Counted from the first letter of the stretch, positions 36,892 through 47,497 are shown. The stretch is DNA of 64,000 nucleotides from Acidobacteriota bacterium (GCA_012521815.1 JAAYLR010000141.1:414-64413), one strand, 5' to 3'. The notes: generated from the letters alone by a model not told the origin. Translations and numbers: made by a program.

Positions 36892-37710
36892 TCATCCCCG
36901 CAGCGCGAAGCCGAGCAGTGCGAGGCCGAAGGCGACGCGGTAGAGGACGAACGGCGCGAGCGAGCGGCGGCGCAGCCAGGCGAGGAGCCAGGCGATCACC
37001 AGGTAGCCGGCCGCCGCCGAGACCCCGACCACCGCGAGCGGCGCCAGCCAGCCGCCGAACGCCACGGGGGCGATCCCGAGCAGGTGCTCGCCGAGATCCT
37101 TCCCCGCCGCCAGGATCCCCACCGGCACCGCGAGGAGGAAGGCGAAGCGGGCCGCCGCCGGCCGGGTGAAGCCGAGCAGCAGGAGCGCGGTGAGCGTGAT
37201 CCCCGACCGCGAGGTGCCGGGCACGAGCGCGAGCGCCTGGGCGGCGCCCACCAGCAGCGCCGTCTTCCAGGTCAGATCGGCTTCGGTCCGCTCCTGGCGG
37301 GCGCGCCGGTCGGCCCAGAGCAGGAGCAGGCCGTAGGCGATCAGGTTGACGGCGACGAGCAGCGGCCGGCGGCCGGCCCCCTCGACCCACCGGTGGATCG
37401 CGAGCCCCACCACCACCGCCGGCAGCGTGCCGAGCGCGAGGTACCAGCCGAGCCGGGCGGCGGGAGGCGCCTCGGAGCGCCAGATCCGGGGCGCGGTCAG
37501 AGCGGAGCGCACGATCTCCAGGAGATCGCGCCGGAAGTAGACGGCCACCGCGAGCAGCGTGCCGGTGTTGGCGAGGATGTCGAACGAGAGCCCCTGGTCG
37601 GGCCAGCCGAGCAGGTGGGGGATCAGGATCAGGTGCCCCGAGGAGCTGATCGGCAGAAACTCCGTCACCGCCTGGACGAGCGCCAGGACGATCGCCTGGA
37701 GCGGGCTCAT
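36892..37710 (-). CDS. uppP: undecaprenyl-diphosphatase UppP (BacA)
   Basis: 272 aa from [27 protein letters not shown]; PGTSRSG motif. Confidence 0.9.
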   Translation of the reverse strand: MSPLQAIVLALVQAVTEFLPISSSGHLILIPHLLGWPDQGLSFDILANTGTLLAVAVYFRRDLLEIVRSALTAPRIWRSEAPPAARLGWYLALGTLPAVVVGLAIHRWVEGAGRRPLLVAVNLIAYGLLLLWADRRARQERTEADLTWKTALLVGAAQALALVPGTSRSGITLTALLLLGFTRPAAARFAFLLAVPVGILAAGKDLGEHLLGIAPVAFGGWLAPLAVVGVSAAAGYLVIAWLLAWLRRRSLAPFVLYRVAFGLALLGFALRG

Positions 37711-37852
37711 CCGGTCGATCCAAACGAACGGAGTACCAGAGCGGGGCGAACCGAGAAGCGCGAGCGAGACATGGGCCGCCGCATATACTACGCGGGCGTT
37801 CGCCGTTACGTACCCGCCGCGTCGCGGACAGGATCGACGGAGAGCATCGCCC

Positions 37853-38956
37853 ATGGAGACCTGGATCGTCACCGGCGGAGCCGGGTTCATCGGCTCCAAC
37901 TTCGTCCACCGCGCGCTCGCGCGCGGCGATCGCCGCATCGTCGTGCTCGACAAGCTCACCTACGCCGGGCACCGGGAGAGCCTCGCCGGCGCCGAGGGGA
38001 ACCCCCGCTTCCGGTTCGTCGCGGGGGACATCGCCGACCGCGCCCTGGTGCGCACCCTCTTCGCCGCCGAGCGCCCCGCCGCGGTCGTGAACTTCGCCGC
38101 CGAGAGCCACGTGGACCGCTCGATCGAGGCCCCGGGGACGTTCGTCGAGACGAACGTCGTCGGCGTCTTCGAGCTGCTGGAGGCGGCCCGCGGCCATCTC
38201 GCCGGGCTGCCCGACGGCGAGCGGGAGCGGTTCCGCTTCCTCCACGTCTCGACCGACGAGGTCTACGGCAGCCTCGGCCCCACCGGCCTCTTCACCGAGA
38301 CGACGCCGTACGACCCGAGCTCCCCCTACAGCGCCTCGAAGGCGGCGGCCGACCACCTCGTGCACGCCTGGGCCCGCACCTACGGCCTGCCGGCGCTGCT
38401 GACGAACTGCTCGAACAACTACGGCCCGTACCAGTATCCGGAGAAGCTGATCCCGCTGATGATCCTCAACGCGCTCGAGGGCCGGCCGCTGCCGATCTAC
38501 GGCGACGGCGGCAACGTGCGCGACTGGATCTACGTCGGCGACCACTGCGAGGGGATCGAGCTCGCGCTCGCCCACGGCCGGCCCGGGGAGCGGTACAACC
38601 TCGGCGGCGGCAACGAGCGGACGAACCTGGAGGTGGTGGCGGCGATCTGCGCGGCGCTCGAAGCCGTCCGGCCGGCGCGGGAGAACCCGGCCCTCGCGGC
38701 GCGGGGGGTGACGAGCTACGAGGCGCTCCGCACCTTCGTCCCCGACCGCCCCGGCCACGACCGCCGGTATGCGATCGACGCCACGAAGGCGGCCCGCGAG
38801 CTCGGCTGGCGGGCCCGGCACGACTTCACCTCGGGCCTCGCCGCGACCGTCGCCTGGTACCTCGACCACCTCGACTGGTGCGCGGCCGTCCAGTCCGGCC
38901 GGTACGACCGGGAGCGGCTCGGCCTCGCCACGGCCCCCGCGGAGGGAGCGAAATGA
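37853..38956 (+). CDS. rfbB: dTDP-glucose 4,6-dehydratase
   Basis: [17 protein letters not shown]..., [11 protein letters not shown]. Start at the internal ATG of the track ORF 37559..38956. Confidence 0.95.
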   Translation: METWIVTGGAGFIGSNFVHRALARGDRRIVVLDKLTYAGHRESLAGAEGNPRFRFVAGDIADRALVRTLFAAERPAAVVNFAAESHVDRSIEAPGTFVETNVVGVFELLEAARGHLAGLPDGERERFRFLHVSTDEVYGSLGPTGLFTETTPYDPSSPYSASKAAADHLVHAWARTYGLPALLTNCSNNYGPYQYPEKLIPLMILNALEGRPLPIYGDGGNVRDWIYVGDHCEGIELALAHGRPGERYNLGGGNERTNLEVVAAICAALEAVRPARENPALAARGVTSYEALRTFVPDRPGHDRRYAIDATKAARELGWRARHDFTSGLAATVAWYLDHLDWCAAVQSGRYDRERLGLATAPAEGAK

Positions 38957-39828
38957 GAGGGATCGTGCTCGCCGGCGGCGCGGGGAGCCGCCTCCACCCT
39001 CTGACCCGGGGGGTGAGCAAGCAGCTGCTGCCGGTCTACGACAAGCCGATGGTCTACTACCCGCTCTCGAGCCTCATGCTCGCCGGGATCCGGGAGATCC
39101 TCGTCATCACCACCCCCGAGGATCAGCCCGCCTTCCAGCGGCTGCTCGGCGACGGGAGCCGGTTCGGGATCGACCTCGCCTGGGCGGTGCAGCCGACCCC
39201 CGGCGGCCTCGCGCAGGCGTTCCTGATCGGCCGCGAGTTCGTGGGCGGCGAGCGGGTGGCGCTCGCCCTCGGCGACAACGTCTTTTACGGCCACGGCTTC
39301 TCGACCGACCTGGCCGCCGCCGCCGCGCGCGCGCAGGGAGCGACCGTCTTCGCCTACCGGGTTCGCGACCCGGAACGGTACGGGGTGGTCGAGCTCGGCG
39401 CCGACGGGCGGGCGCTCTCGATCGAGGAGAAGCCGGCCGCGCCACGCTCCCACCTCGCGGTGACCGGCCTCTACTTCTACGATCAGCGGGTGCTCGAGAT
39501 CGCCGCCGCGCTCCGCCCCTCGCCGCGCGGCGAGCTGGAGATCACCGACGTCAACCGGGCCTACCTCGCGGCCGGCGACCTCCACGTGCAGGTGCTCGGC
39601 CGCGGGATCGCCTGGCTCGACACCGGCACCCACGAGTCGCTCGCCCAGGCCTCCGCCTTCATCCAGGCGATCGAGGAGCGGCAGGGGCTCAAGGTCGCCT
39701 GCCTCGAGGAGATCGCCTGGCGTCAGGGCTGGCTCTCCGCCGACGAGCTCGCCCGGGAGGCCGCGGCCCTCGCCCAGTCGGAGTACGGCCGGTACCTGCA
39801 GCGGCTGCTCGCCGAGGAGGCGCGGTGA
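38953..39828 (+). CDS. rfbA: glucose-1-phosphate thymidylyltransferase
   Basis: [39 protein letters not shown]...; ATGA overlap with rfbB. Confidence 0.95.
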   Translation: MRGIVLAGGAGSRLHPLTRGVSKQLLPVYDKPMVYYPLSSLMLAGIREILVITTPEDQPAFQRLLGDGSRFGIDLAWAVQPTPGGLAQAFLIGREFVGGERVALALGDNVFYGHGFSTDLAAAAARAQGATVFAYRVRDPERYGVVELGADGRALSIEEKPAAPRSHLAVTGLYFYDQRVLEIAAALRPSPRGELEITDVNRAYLAAGDLHVQVLGRGIAWLDTGTHESLAQASAFIQAIEERQGLKVACLEEIAWRQGWLSADELAREAAALAQSEYGRYLQRLLAEEAR

Positions 39829-40394
39829 GGTTCACGCCCACCGCCCTGCCCGGCGTGGTGCTCGTCGAGCCCGACGTCCACCGCGACGAGCGCGGCTTCT
39901 TCCTCGAGGTCTTCCACCGCACCCGCTGGGCCGAGCAGGGCGGCCTCGATCTCGACTTCGTCCAGGACAACCACTCCCGCTCCCGCCGCGGCACCCTGCG
40001 CGGCCTCCACGCCCAGATCGAGACCCCGCAGGGGAAGCTCGTCCGCTGCCCCCGGGGCGCGCTCTTCGACGTCGCGGTCGACGTGCGGCGCGGTTCGCCC
40101 ACCTTCGGGCGCTGGGTCGGCTACGAGCTCTCGGAGGAGAACTTCCGCCTGCTCTGGATCCCGCCGGGGTTCCTCCACGGCTTCTGCGCGCTCTCCGAGA
40201 TCGCCGAGCTGAGCTACAAATGCACCGGGCCGTACGATCCGGCCGCCGAGATCACGGTGGCGTGGAACGACCCGGAGATCGGCATCGCCTGGCCGGTGGC
40301 CGAACCGGTCCTCTCGGCGCGCGACGCCGCGGCGCCGCCGCTCGCGGCACTCCACGAGCGGCTCCCCCGCTACTCCGGAAGCCCGGCTCCGTGA
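39825..40394 (+). CDS. rfbC: dTDP-4-dehydrorhamnose 3,5-epimerase
   Basis: GTG start overlapping the rfbA stop (GTGA); cupin fold ...[10 protein letters not shown]...LRGLHAQ...[27 protein letters not shown]... Confidence 0.9.
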   Translation: MRFTPTALPGVVLVEPDVHRDERGFFLEVFHRTRWAEQGGLDLDFVQDNHSRSRRGTLRGLHAQIETPQGKLVRCPRGALFDVAVDVRRGSPTFGRWVGYELSEENFRLLWIPPGFLHGFCALSEIAELSYKCTGPYDPAAEITVAWNDPEIGIAWPVAEPVLSARDAAAPPLAALHERLPRYSGSPAP

Positions 40395-41956
40395 ACGCGC
40401 GGGCGGCGGTGCTCTCTCCGGCCGATCTCGCCGCGCTCGCCGCGGCGGGGATCGCCGCCGGCGAGGCCGAACGCCAGCTCGCGCTCCTCGCCGCGCCGCC
40501 GCCGCCGCTCCGGCTGGCACGCCCCTGCGCGGTGGGCGACGGGATCGTCCGCCTCGCTCCCGGCGACGAGCCGGCGCTCCTCGCCGCCGCCCGGGAGGCC
40601 GCGGCCCGGGGCGCGCTCGCGAAGTTCGTGCCCGCCTCGGGTGCGGCGACCCGGATGTTCACCGGCCTGCTGGCGCTCGCCGCCGATCCGGACGCCGAGG
40701 GCGGCCGCCGGGAGGCCGCGGCGGTCGGCACCTCGCTCGCCCGGCTGGCGCTCCGCGACCGGCTCGCGACCCTCCTCGCGCCGCGCGGCGAGACGGCGGC
40801 GGCGCTCGCCGCCGATCCCGTCCGTCTCGCCCGGGCGATCGTCGGCGCCGACGGCCTCGACCTCGCCGCTCTCCCCAAAGGCCTCCTCCCGTTCCATCTC
40901 TACCCGGAGGGGGAGCGAACCGCCTTCGTCGAGCACCTCGTCGAGGGGGCGGCGTATCTCGCCGACCGGGAGGGGCTCTGCCGGTTCGACTTCACCGTCC
41001 CTCCCGGCACCGACCCGCTCTTCCACGCCGCCCTCGCCGAGGCCGGCGAGCGCCACGCCCGGCGCCTCGGCGTCCGCTTCGAGGTCCGTCTCTCGCATCA
41101 GGAACGGGCGACCGACACCCTCGCGCTCGCTCCGGACGGAACGCCGTTCCGGCAGCCGGATGGCCGGCTCCTCCTCCGCCCCGGCGGCCACGGCGCGCTG
41201 CTCGGCAACCTCGAGGCGACCGGCCGCGAGCTCGTGCTCGTGAAGAACATCGACAACGTCCTGCCCGCGGACCGGCACGCCGAGGTGGCGCATTGGCAGC
41301 AGCTGCTCGCCGGTCTCGCGCTCACGCTCACCGCCCGGCGCGACGCCATGCTCCGGGCGCTCGCAGCGGCGCCGGCGCGGGAGACGATCCGCGCGGCGGC
41401 GACGCTGCTCGCCGCGCTCGCCGACCCGGAGGCGGCGGCGCTCGGCGCGGAGCCCTCGCCCGCGCACCTCCGCGACCGCCTCCGCCGGCCGCTGCGCGTC
41501 TGCGGCGTCGTCCGCAACGAAGGGGAGCCCGGCGGAGGCCCCTTCTGGGTGCGCGACGAGGCGGGCCGGGAGAGCCTCCAGATCGTCGAGGGGGCGCAGG
41601 TCGCCCGGAGCGATCCGGAGCAGGCGGCGATCTGGCGCGCCTCCACCCATTTCAATCCGGTCCAGCTCGCCTGTGCGCTGCGCGACGAGAAGGGGAAGCC
41701 GTTCCCGCTCGCCCGCTTCGTCGACGAGACGGCGGTCGTCATCGCCGAGAAGCGCGAAGGGAGCCGCCCGCTGCGCGCCCTCGAACGGCCCGGGCTCTGG
41801 AACGGCGCCATGGCCCGCTGGCACACCGTCTTCGTGGAGGTGCCGGTGGCGATCTTCGCCCCGGTCAAGACCCTCCTCGACCTCGCGCGGCCCGAGCATC
41901 AGGCCGGCGCCGCCCCACCCGTTGACACGGTTTCCGCCCGCCCCTCGGCGGGCTAG
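40391..41956 (+). CDS. UDPGP-family (eukaryote-type UTP-sugar-1-phosphate uridylyltransferase-like) protein, coupled to rfbC
   Basis: GTG start overlapping the rfbC stop (GTGA); 521 aa. Motifs KFVPASGAATRMF (cf. UGPase LNGGLGTSMG), RPGGHGALLGNL...LVLVKNIDNV (cf. PPGHGD...IFVSNIDNL) and IFAPVKTLLDL (cf. FLPVKTTSDLL). Confidence 0.65.
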   Translation: MNARAAVLSPADLAALAAAGIAAGEAERQLALLAAPPPPLRLARPCAVGDGIVRLAPGDEPALLAAAREAAARGALAKFVPASGAATRMFTGLLALAADPDAEGGRREAAAVGTSLARLALRDRLATLLAPRGETAAALAADPVRLARAIVGADGLDLAALPKGLLPFHLYPEGERTAFVEHLVEGAAYLADREGLCRFDFTVPPGTDPLFHAALAEAGERHARRLGVRFEVRLSHQERATDTLALAPDGTPFRQPDGRLLLRPGGHGALLGNLEATGRELVLVKNIDNVLPADRHAEVAHWQQLLAGLALTLTARRDAMLRALAAAPARETIRAAATLLAALADPEAAALGAEPSPAHLRDRLRRPLRVCGVVRNEGEPGGGPFWVRDEAGRESLQIVEGAQVARSDPEQAAIWRASTHFNPVQLACALRDEKGKPFPLARFVDETAVVIAEKREGSRPLRALERPGLWNGAMARWHTVFVEVPVAIFAPVKTLLDLARPEHQAGAAPPVDTVSARPSAG

Positions 41957-41998
41957 GATCGGAAGACGACCCACTCACCTTTCGGAAGCGAGCCCGAC

Positions 41999-43156
41999 AT
42001 GCTGAACGTCTTCGTCCCCAAGGAGAGCCGGCCCGGCGAGCGGCGCGTCGCCGCCACCCCCGACAGCGTCAAGCGGCTGCTCAAGGCCGGCCTGGCCGTC
42101 CAGGTCGAGCGGGAGGCCGGCTTCGCGGCCGGCATCCCCGACGACGCCTACGCCAAGGCCGGGGCGACCGTCGCCGCCCACGCCACCGATCTCTGGCGCC
42201 ACGCCGACATCGTCCTCAAGGTGGCGCCGCTCGGCTCGAACCCGTCGCTCGGGATCATGGAGCTCGAGGCGCTCAAGCCGGGAGCGGTGCTGATCGGCTT
42301 CCTCGATCCGTTCAACCTGCCGGTCGTGCGCCGTTACGCCGAGCGGCGGATCACTGCGGTCTCGATGGAGCTGGTGCCGCGGATCACCCGCGCCCAGGTC
42401 ATGGACGCCCTCTCCTCGCAGGCGTCGGTCGCCGGCTACCGGGCGGTGCTGATCGCCGCGACCCGGGTGGGGAAGTACTTCCCGCTGATGACCACGGCCG
42501 CGGGCACCGTGACCCCCGCCCGGGTGGTCGTGCTCGGCGCCGGCGTCGCCGGGCTGCAGGCGGTCGCCACCGCCAGGCGGCTCGGCGCGGTCGTGGAGGT
42601 CTCCGACATCCGCCCCGCGGTCAAGGAGCAGGTCGAGTCGCTCGGCGGCCGCTTCATCGACCTGCCGCTCGAGGAGTCCGGTGAAGGGAGCGGCGGCTAC
42701 GCCCGCGAGCTCTCGAAGGCGGGCCTCGAGCGCCAGCGCGAGGTGCTCACCCGCCACCTCGCCCAGGCCGACGTGGTGATCACCACCGCGCAGGTCCCGG
42801 GCAAGCGGGCGCCGATCCTGGTGACCACCGCGATGGCCGAGCAGATGAAGCCGGGGGCGGTGATCGTCGACATCGCGGCCGAGCAGGGCGGCAACTGCGA
42901 GCTGACCCGTGCCGACGAGACGGTCGAGCATCGCGGGCTCCTGGTGCTCGGGCCGACCAACCTCGCCGCCGGCATGGCCGGCGACGCCAGCGTGCTCTAC
43001 GCGCGCAACGTGGCCGCGCTGCTGCTCCACTTCGTCCGGGACGGCGAGCTCGCCATCGATCCGGCCGACGAGGTGCTCGCCGGCGCGCTGCTGACCCACC
43101 AGGGCGAGGTCATCAACCGGACCGTCGCCGAGCTGCTCGCCGCCAGCCGCGGTTGA
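41999..43156 (+). CDS. pntAA: NAD(P) transhydrogenase alpha subunit part 1 (dI, NAD(H)-binding)
   Basis: 385 aa; VVLGAGVAGLQAV Rossmann, alanine-dehydrogenase/PNT N-terminal fold, C-terminal ...EQGGNCE...; no pntAB or pntB nearby. Confidence 0.85.
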   Translation: MLNVFVPKESRPGERRVAATPDSVKRLLKAGLAVQVEREAGFAAGIPDDAYAKAGATVAAHATDLWRHADIVLKVAPLGSNPSLGIMELEALKPGAVLIGFLDPFNLPVVRRYAERRITAVSMELVPRITRAQVMDALSSQASVAGYRAVLIAATRVGKYFPLMTTAAGTVTPARVVVLGAGVAGLQAVATARRLGAVVEVSDIRPAVKEQVESLGGRFIDLPLEESGEGSGGYARELSKAGLERQREVLTRHLAQADVVITTAQVPGKRAPILVTTAMAEQMKPGAVIVDIAAEQGGNCELTRADETVEHRGLLVLGPTNLAAGMAGDASVLYARNVAALLLHFVRDGELAIDPADEVLAGALLTHQGEVINRTVAELLAASRG

Positions 43157-43230
43157 GACCCCGCTCCTCGCGCCTCCCCGCGCGCCGCCGGCCGGGATAG
43201 ACTCCGGCCCTCTCCCGGGAGGGCGTCGCC

Positions 43231-45141
43231 ATGGGCGAACAGGACGTCCGAGAGCTCGACACGGAGTTGCAACGCGACTTCACGCGCAAGCTCCTCGCCG
43301 ACCTGCGCGCGCTCGAGCTGCTCCTCGACCACGGCTTCCTCGAATCGGGGGTGCGCCGGATCGGCGTCGAACAGGAGCTCTTCCTCGTCGACCGGCGCTG
43401 GCGGCCGGCGCCGCTGGCGATGGAGATGATCGACCGGCTCGCCGACGATCACTTCACCACCGAGGTCGCCCGCTTCAACCTCGAGTTCAACTCCGATCCG
43501 CTCGTCTTCGAGACCGACTGTCTCTCCCGGCTCGAACGGCAGCTGGAGGCGCTCCTCGCCCGGGCGCGGGAGGCGGCCGCCGAGCTCGGCATCGGGCTGG
43601 TGATGGTCGGCATCCTGCCCACCCTCGAGAAGTCGGACCTCACCCTCGCCAACATGACCCCGAAGCCGCGCTACTTCGCGCTCAACGACGCGATGCGGCG
43701 GCTGCGGGGAGGCGACTACGAGTTCCACATCAAGGGCCTCGACGAGCTGCTCGTGAGCCACGACTCGGTGATGGTCGAGGCGTGCAACACGAGCTTCCAG
43801 ACGCATTTCCAGGTCGGTCCGGAGGAGTTCGCGGAGCTCTACAACCTCACCCTCGCGATCGCCGCGCCGGTGCTCGCGGTGGCGTGCAACTCGCCGCTCC
43901 TCTTCGGCCGGCGCCTCTGGCGCGAGACCCGGATCGCCCTCTTCCAGCAGTCGGTCGACCATCGCGCGGCCACCCCCTCCCTGCGCGAGCAGGCGCCGCG
44001 CGTCTCCTTCGGACGGCGGTGGCTCGACGACTCGGTGCTCGAGATCTTCCGCGAGGACATCGCCCGCTTCCGGGTGCTGCTCGCGGCGGAGATCGACGAG
44101 GATCCGTTCGCCCGGATCCGGGCCAACGAGATCCCCGAGCTCAAGGCGCTGCGGCTCCACAACGGGACGATCTACCGCTGGGCGCGCCCCTGCTACGGGA
44201 TCCACGACGGCCGCGCCCACCTGCGGATCGAGAACCGGATCCTGCCGGCGGGCCCCTCCCTGCGCGACGAGATGGCCAACGCGGCCTTCTGGTACGGCCT
44301 GCTCGCCGGCGCCTCGCGCGAGTACGGCGACATCCGCTCCCGTCTCGAGTTCGATCACGCGCAGGAGAACTTCCTCGCCGCCGCGCGCCTCGGCCTGCGG
44401 GCCCGGTTCACCTGGCTCGACGGCGCCGACCTGACCGCCGAAAAGCTGGTGCTCGACGAGCTCCTGCCGCTCGCCCGCGAGGGGCTGCGCGTGAAGGAGA
44501 TCGCGGCCGAGGATGCCGATCGCTACCTCGGCGTGATCGAGGAGCGGGTCCGGGCGGGGCGGACCGGCGCGCAGTGGCTGCTCGATTCGCTCGCCGCGAT
44601 GCGCGGCCAGGGGCTTGCGGCCGAGCGGCTCGCGGCGCTGACCGCCGCCACCGCCGATCAGCAGCGGCAGGGGAAGCCGGTTCACGAATGGCCGCTCGCC
44701 CGCCGCGAGGACGCCGGCGGCTGGGAGCAGCACTTCACCCGCGTCGAGCAGTTCATGTCGCGCGATCTGTTCACCGTCGGCCCCGACGACATCGTCGATC
44801 TCGCCGCGGCGATCATGGACTGGAAGAACATCCATTACGTCCCGGTCGAGGACGCCCATCACCGCCTGCTCGGGCTCGTCACCCATCGCCGCCTCCTCCG
44901 CCTCCTCGGCCAGGGGCAGGGGAGCGCCGGCTCGCGGCCGCTGCCGGTGCACGAGGTGATGAAGCGGGAGGTGGTGACCGCGACCCCGGAGATGTCGGCC
45001 CTCGACGCGATGAGCCTGATGCGCCAGCGGCGGGTCGGCTGCCTGCCGGTCCTGCAGGGAGAGCGGCTGATCGGGCTCGTCACCGAGAACGATTTCCTCG
45101 GCGTCGCCGGCCAGCTCCTGGAGCACGAGCTGCGGCGATGA
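43231..45141 (+). CDS. glutamate-cysteine-ligase family 2 (GCS2/YbdK-like carboxylate-amine ligase) fused to a C-terminal CBS-domain pair
   Basis: 636 aa; GGGAGGG RBS. GCS2-like core (RIGVEQELFLVD..., HTHFQV); last ~150 aa are CBS-like (VPVED...LLGLVT, GCLPVLQGERLIGLVTENDFL). Confidence 0.8.
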   Translation: MGEQDVRELDTELQRDFTRKLLADLRALELLLDHGFLESGVRRIGVEQELFLVDRRWRPAPLAMEMIDRLADDHFTTEVARFNLEFNSDPLVFETDCLSRLERQLEALLARAREAAAELGIGLVMVGILPTLEKSDLTLANMTPKPRYFALNDAMRRLRGGDYEFHIKGLDELLVSHDSVMVEACNTSFQTHFQVGPEEFAELYNLTLAIAAPVLAVACNSPLLFGRRLWRETRIALFQQSVDHRAATPSLREQAPRVSFGRRWLDDSVLEIFREDIARFRVLLAAEIDEDPFARIRANEIPELKALRLHNGTIYRWARPCYGIHDGRAHLRIENRILPAGPSLRDEMANAAFWYGLLAGASREYGDIRSRLEFDHAQENFLAAARLGLRARFTWLDGADLTAEKLVLDELLPLAREGLRVKEIAAEDADRYLGVIEERVRAGRTGAQWLLDSLAAMRGQGLAAERLAALTAATADQQRQGKPVHEWPLARREDAGGWEQHFTRVEQFMSRDLFTVGPDDIVDLAAAIMDWKNIHYVPVEDAHHRLLGLVTHRRLLRLLGQGQGSAGSRPLPVHEVMKREVVTATPEMSALDAMSLMRQRRVGCLPVLQGERLIGLVTENDFLGVAGQLLEHELRR

Positions 45142-46844
45142 GCCGTCCCCGGTCGCGCCCCTCTCTCTCCTTCGCCCTCCTGGCGCTCGCGCTCCTCCTC
45201 GCCCCGCCGGCCGGCGCCGCGCTCCGCGGGGCGCTCGCCGCCGATGAGGCCGACGCGGTGGCGGCCGGTGCCGAGCTGCTCGCCGCGGGCGGCAACGCGG
45301 CGGACGCCGCCGTGGCCGCCGCCCTCGCCCTCGCGGTCGTCCACCCGGAGGCCGGCAACCTCGGCGGCGGCGGCTTCGCCGTCGCCCGCTGCGATGGCCG
45401 GCTCGTCGCGCTCGACTTCCGCGAGACGGCCCCCGCAGGGGCGCATCCGGGCCTCTTCCTCGACGCCGCGGGCGAGCCCCGGCCGGGAGCCTCGACCGAG
45501 GGCCCGCTCGCCGCCGGCGTCCCCGGTGCCCCGTGGGGGTATCACGAGCTCCACCGGCGCTGCGGCCGCCGCCCCTGGGCGGAGGTCGTCGCGCCGGCCG
45601 AGCGGCTGGCCCGCGACGGTTTCGCCCTCTCGCCGCGGAGCGCCCGCTCGCTCGCCCTCTCCGCCGGGCGGCTCGCCCGCTTCCCCGAGAGCGCCGCGAC
45701 CTGGCTCCCCGGCGGCACGCCGATCGCCGCCGGCAGCCGGGTGCGGTTGCCGGCGCTCGCCCAGACACTCGCGGCGTACGGCCGCCGCGGTCCGGCGGCC
45801 CTCGCCCGCGGCGCCGCCGCCCGCGCCCTCGTCGCCGCCTCGACGCGCCACGGCGGGATCCTCCGGATGGCCGACCTTGCCGCCTACCGGCCGGTCTGGC
45901 GCGAGCCCCTTCGGTTCGCGGCGTTCGGCTGGCAGCTCGCGGGGATGGGGCTCCCCTCCTCCGGCGGGACGATCACCGCCTGGACCCTCGCGCTCGCCGA
46001 GCGGGGCGGCTGGGCGAAGCTGCCCCGCGATGGCGCCGAGCGCGCCCATCTCCTCGCCGAGAGCTGGCGCCGGAGCTTCGCCGATCGCACCCTGCTCGGC
46101 GATCCGGCGACCAGCCGCGCCACCCCGGCCGTGCTCCTCGCCCCCGCGCGGCTGGCGCGGGCGCTGGCCGGAATCGATCCGGAGCGCGCCACGCCGTCGG
46201 CGGCGGTGCGGCCGGCCCCCGGTGCGCCGCCCCGCGAGCGGCCGGAGACCACCCACCTCGCGGTGGTCGACGCCGAGGGGAACGCGGTCGCGCTCACCAC
46301 GACGATCAACGACCTGTTCGGCTGCGCCCTCTGGGTGCCCGAGGTCGGGATCTTCCTCAACAACGAGATGGACGATTTCGCGACCGCCCCCGGCCGGCCG
46401 AACCTCTTCGGGCTCGTGCAGGGCGAGGCGAACGAGGTGCGCCCGGGGCGCCGGATGCTCTCCTCGATGAGCCCCACCCTCGCCTGGCGGGGGACGGAGA
46501 TCGTCGCCATCGGCGGCCGGGGCGGGTCGCGGATCCCGACCGCCACGGCGCAGGTGCTGCTCTTCCTGCTCGCCGACGGCGAGGCGATCCGCGCCGCGGC
46601 CGCCCACCCCCGGCTCCATCACCAGTGGCTCCCCGACCGGCTCGAGGCCGAACCGGGCGCGCTCGCGGCCGGGGCACGGGAGGAGCTCCGCGAGCGAGGA
46701 CACGAGGTCGTCCCGCCGCCCGCCACCGCCAAGGTGAACCTCGTCCGGCGGCGGGCGGACGGGGCGCTCGAGGCGGCCGGCGACCCACGCGGCCCGGGTG
46801 CGGCCACCCCCGTGACCCCGGCGCTCCCGGCCGCCGGGAACTGA
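45138..46844 (+). CDS. ggt: gamma-glutamyltranspeptidase
   Basis: Signal peptide MSRPRSRPSLSFALLALALLLAPPAGAA; autoprocessing nucleophile region ETTHLAVVDAEGNAVALTTTIN; ATGA overlap with the upstream gene. Confidence 0.9.
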   Translation: MSRPRSRPSLSFALLALALLLAPPAGAALRGALAADEADAVAAGAELLAAGGNAADAAVAAALALAVVHPEAGNLGGGGFAVARCDGRLVALDFRETAPAGAHPGLFLDAAGEPRPGASTEGPLAAGVPGAPWGYHELHRRCGRRPWAEVVAPAERLARDGFALSPRSARSLALSAGRLARFPESAATWLPGGTPIAAGSRVRLPALAQTLAAYGRRGPAALARGAAARALVAASTRHGGILRMADLAAYRPVWREPLRFAAFGWQLAGMGLPSSGGTITAWTLALAERGGWAKLPRDGAERAHLLAESWRRSFADRTLLGDPATSRATPAVLLAPARLARALAGIDPERATPSAAVRPAPGAPPRERPETTHLAVVDAEGNAVALTTTINDLFGCALWVPEVGIFLNNEMDDFATAPGRPNLFGLVQGEANEVRPGRRMLSSMSPTLAWRGTEIVAIGGRGGSRIPTATAQVLLFLLADGEAIRAAAAHPRLHHQWLPDRLEAEPGALAAGAREELRERGHEVVPPPATAKVNLVRRRADGALEAAGDPRGPGAATPVTPALPAAGN

Positions 46845-46920
46845 GCGGGCGGAGGCTCCCCGACTCGGGCTGGCCCGCCCGCCGCCGATGGGAGAGACTT
46901 CCCCCGAGGAGGAGACCACC

Positions 46921-47487
46921 ATGCGCCGTCGCGCCGCCGCCATCGTTTTCGCCGCCGCCGCCCTCGCCGCTCTCGCCGCCTGCCGCGAGAGCCAGCCGCC
47001 GCCAGTGGCGCCCGCGCCGGTCCGGGTCGAGCATCCCGCCTCGGGGCTCGCCATCGCCGCCCTCCCGGCCTCTCTCCGCCTCGTCTCGGCCGACGGCCCG
47101 GTGCTCGAGCTGGCGCCGGCCGATCCGGCCCGCGGCGGGCGCTTCACGCTCACCGCCGGCGACCCCGAGCCGGGCGGGATCAACCTGATCGAGGTCGTCC
47201 GCGCGGCGGGCGTCGAGCTCGCGGCCCGTCCCGAGGGCGCCTTCCTCGGCCAGCGGGAGCTGATCACGTCGACCGGCCACGCCTACTCCGCCCGCGGCAC
47301 CTGGGTCGAGGATGGCGAGAAGCGGGAGGAGCTGCGGATCTACGCGCTGCACCCCGAACGTTCGGTGGATCGGCTGGTGACCCTCACCTACGTCTATCCG
47401 GCGGGCGACCGCGAAGAGAGCGGCGAGCGGTTCAACGAGGGGCTGTTCGTGCTCGGCGAGCTCGAGAAGCTTCCGGCCGCCGACTGA
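46921..47487 (+). CDS. putative lipoprotein
   Basis: MRRRAAAIVFAAAALAALAAC (lipobox LAAC); AGGAGGAG RBS; 188 aa. Confidence 0.6.
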   Translation: MRRRAAAIVFAAAALAALAACRESQPPPVAPAPVRVEHPASGLAIAALPASLRLVSADGPVLELAPADPARGGRFTLTAGDPEPGGINLIEVVRAAGVELAARPEGAFLGQRELITSTGHAYSARGTWVEDGEKREELRIYALHPERSVDRLVTLTYVYPAGDREESGERFNEGLFVLGELEKLPAAD

Positions 47488-47497
47488 GCCGGTCCGC

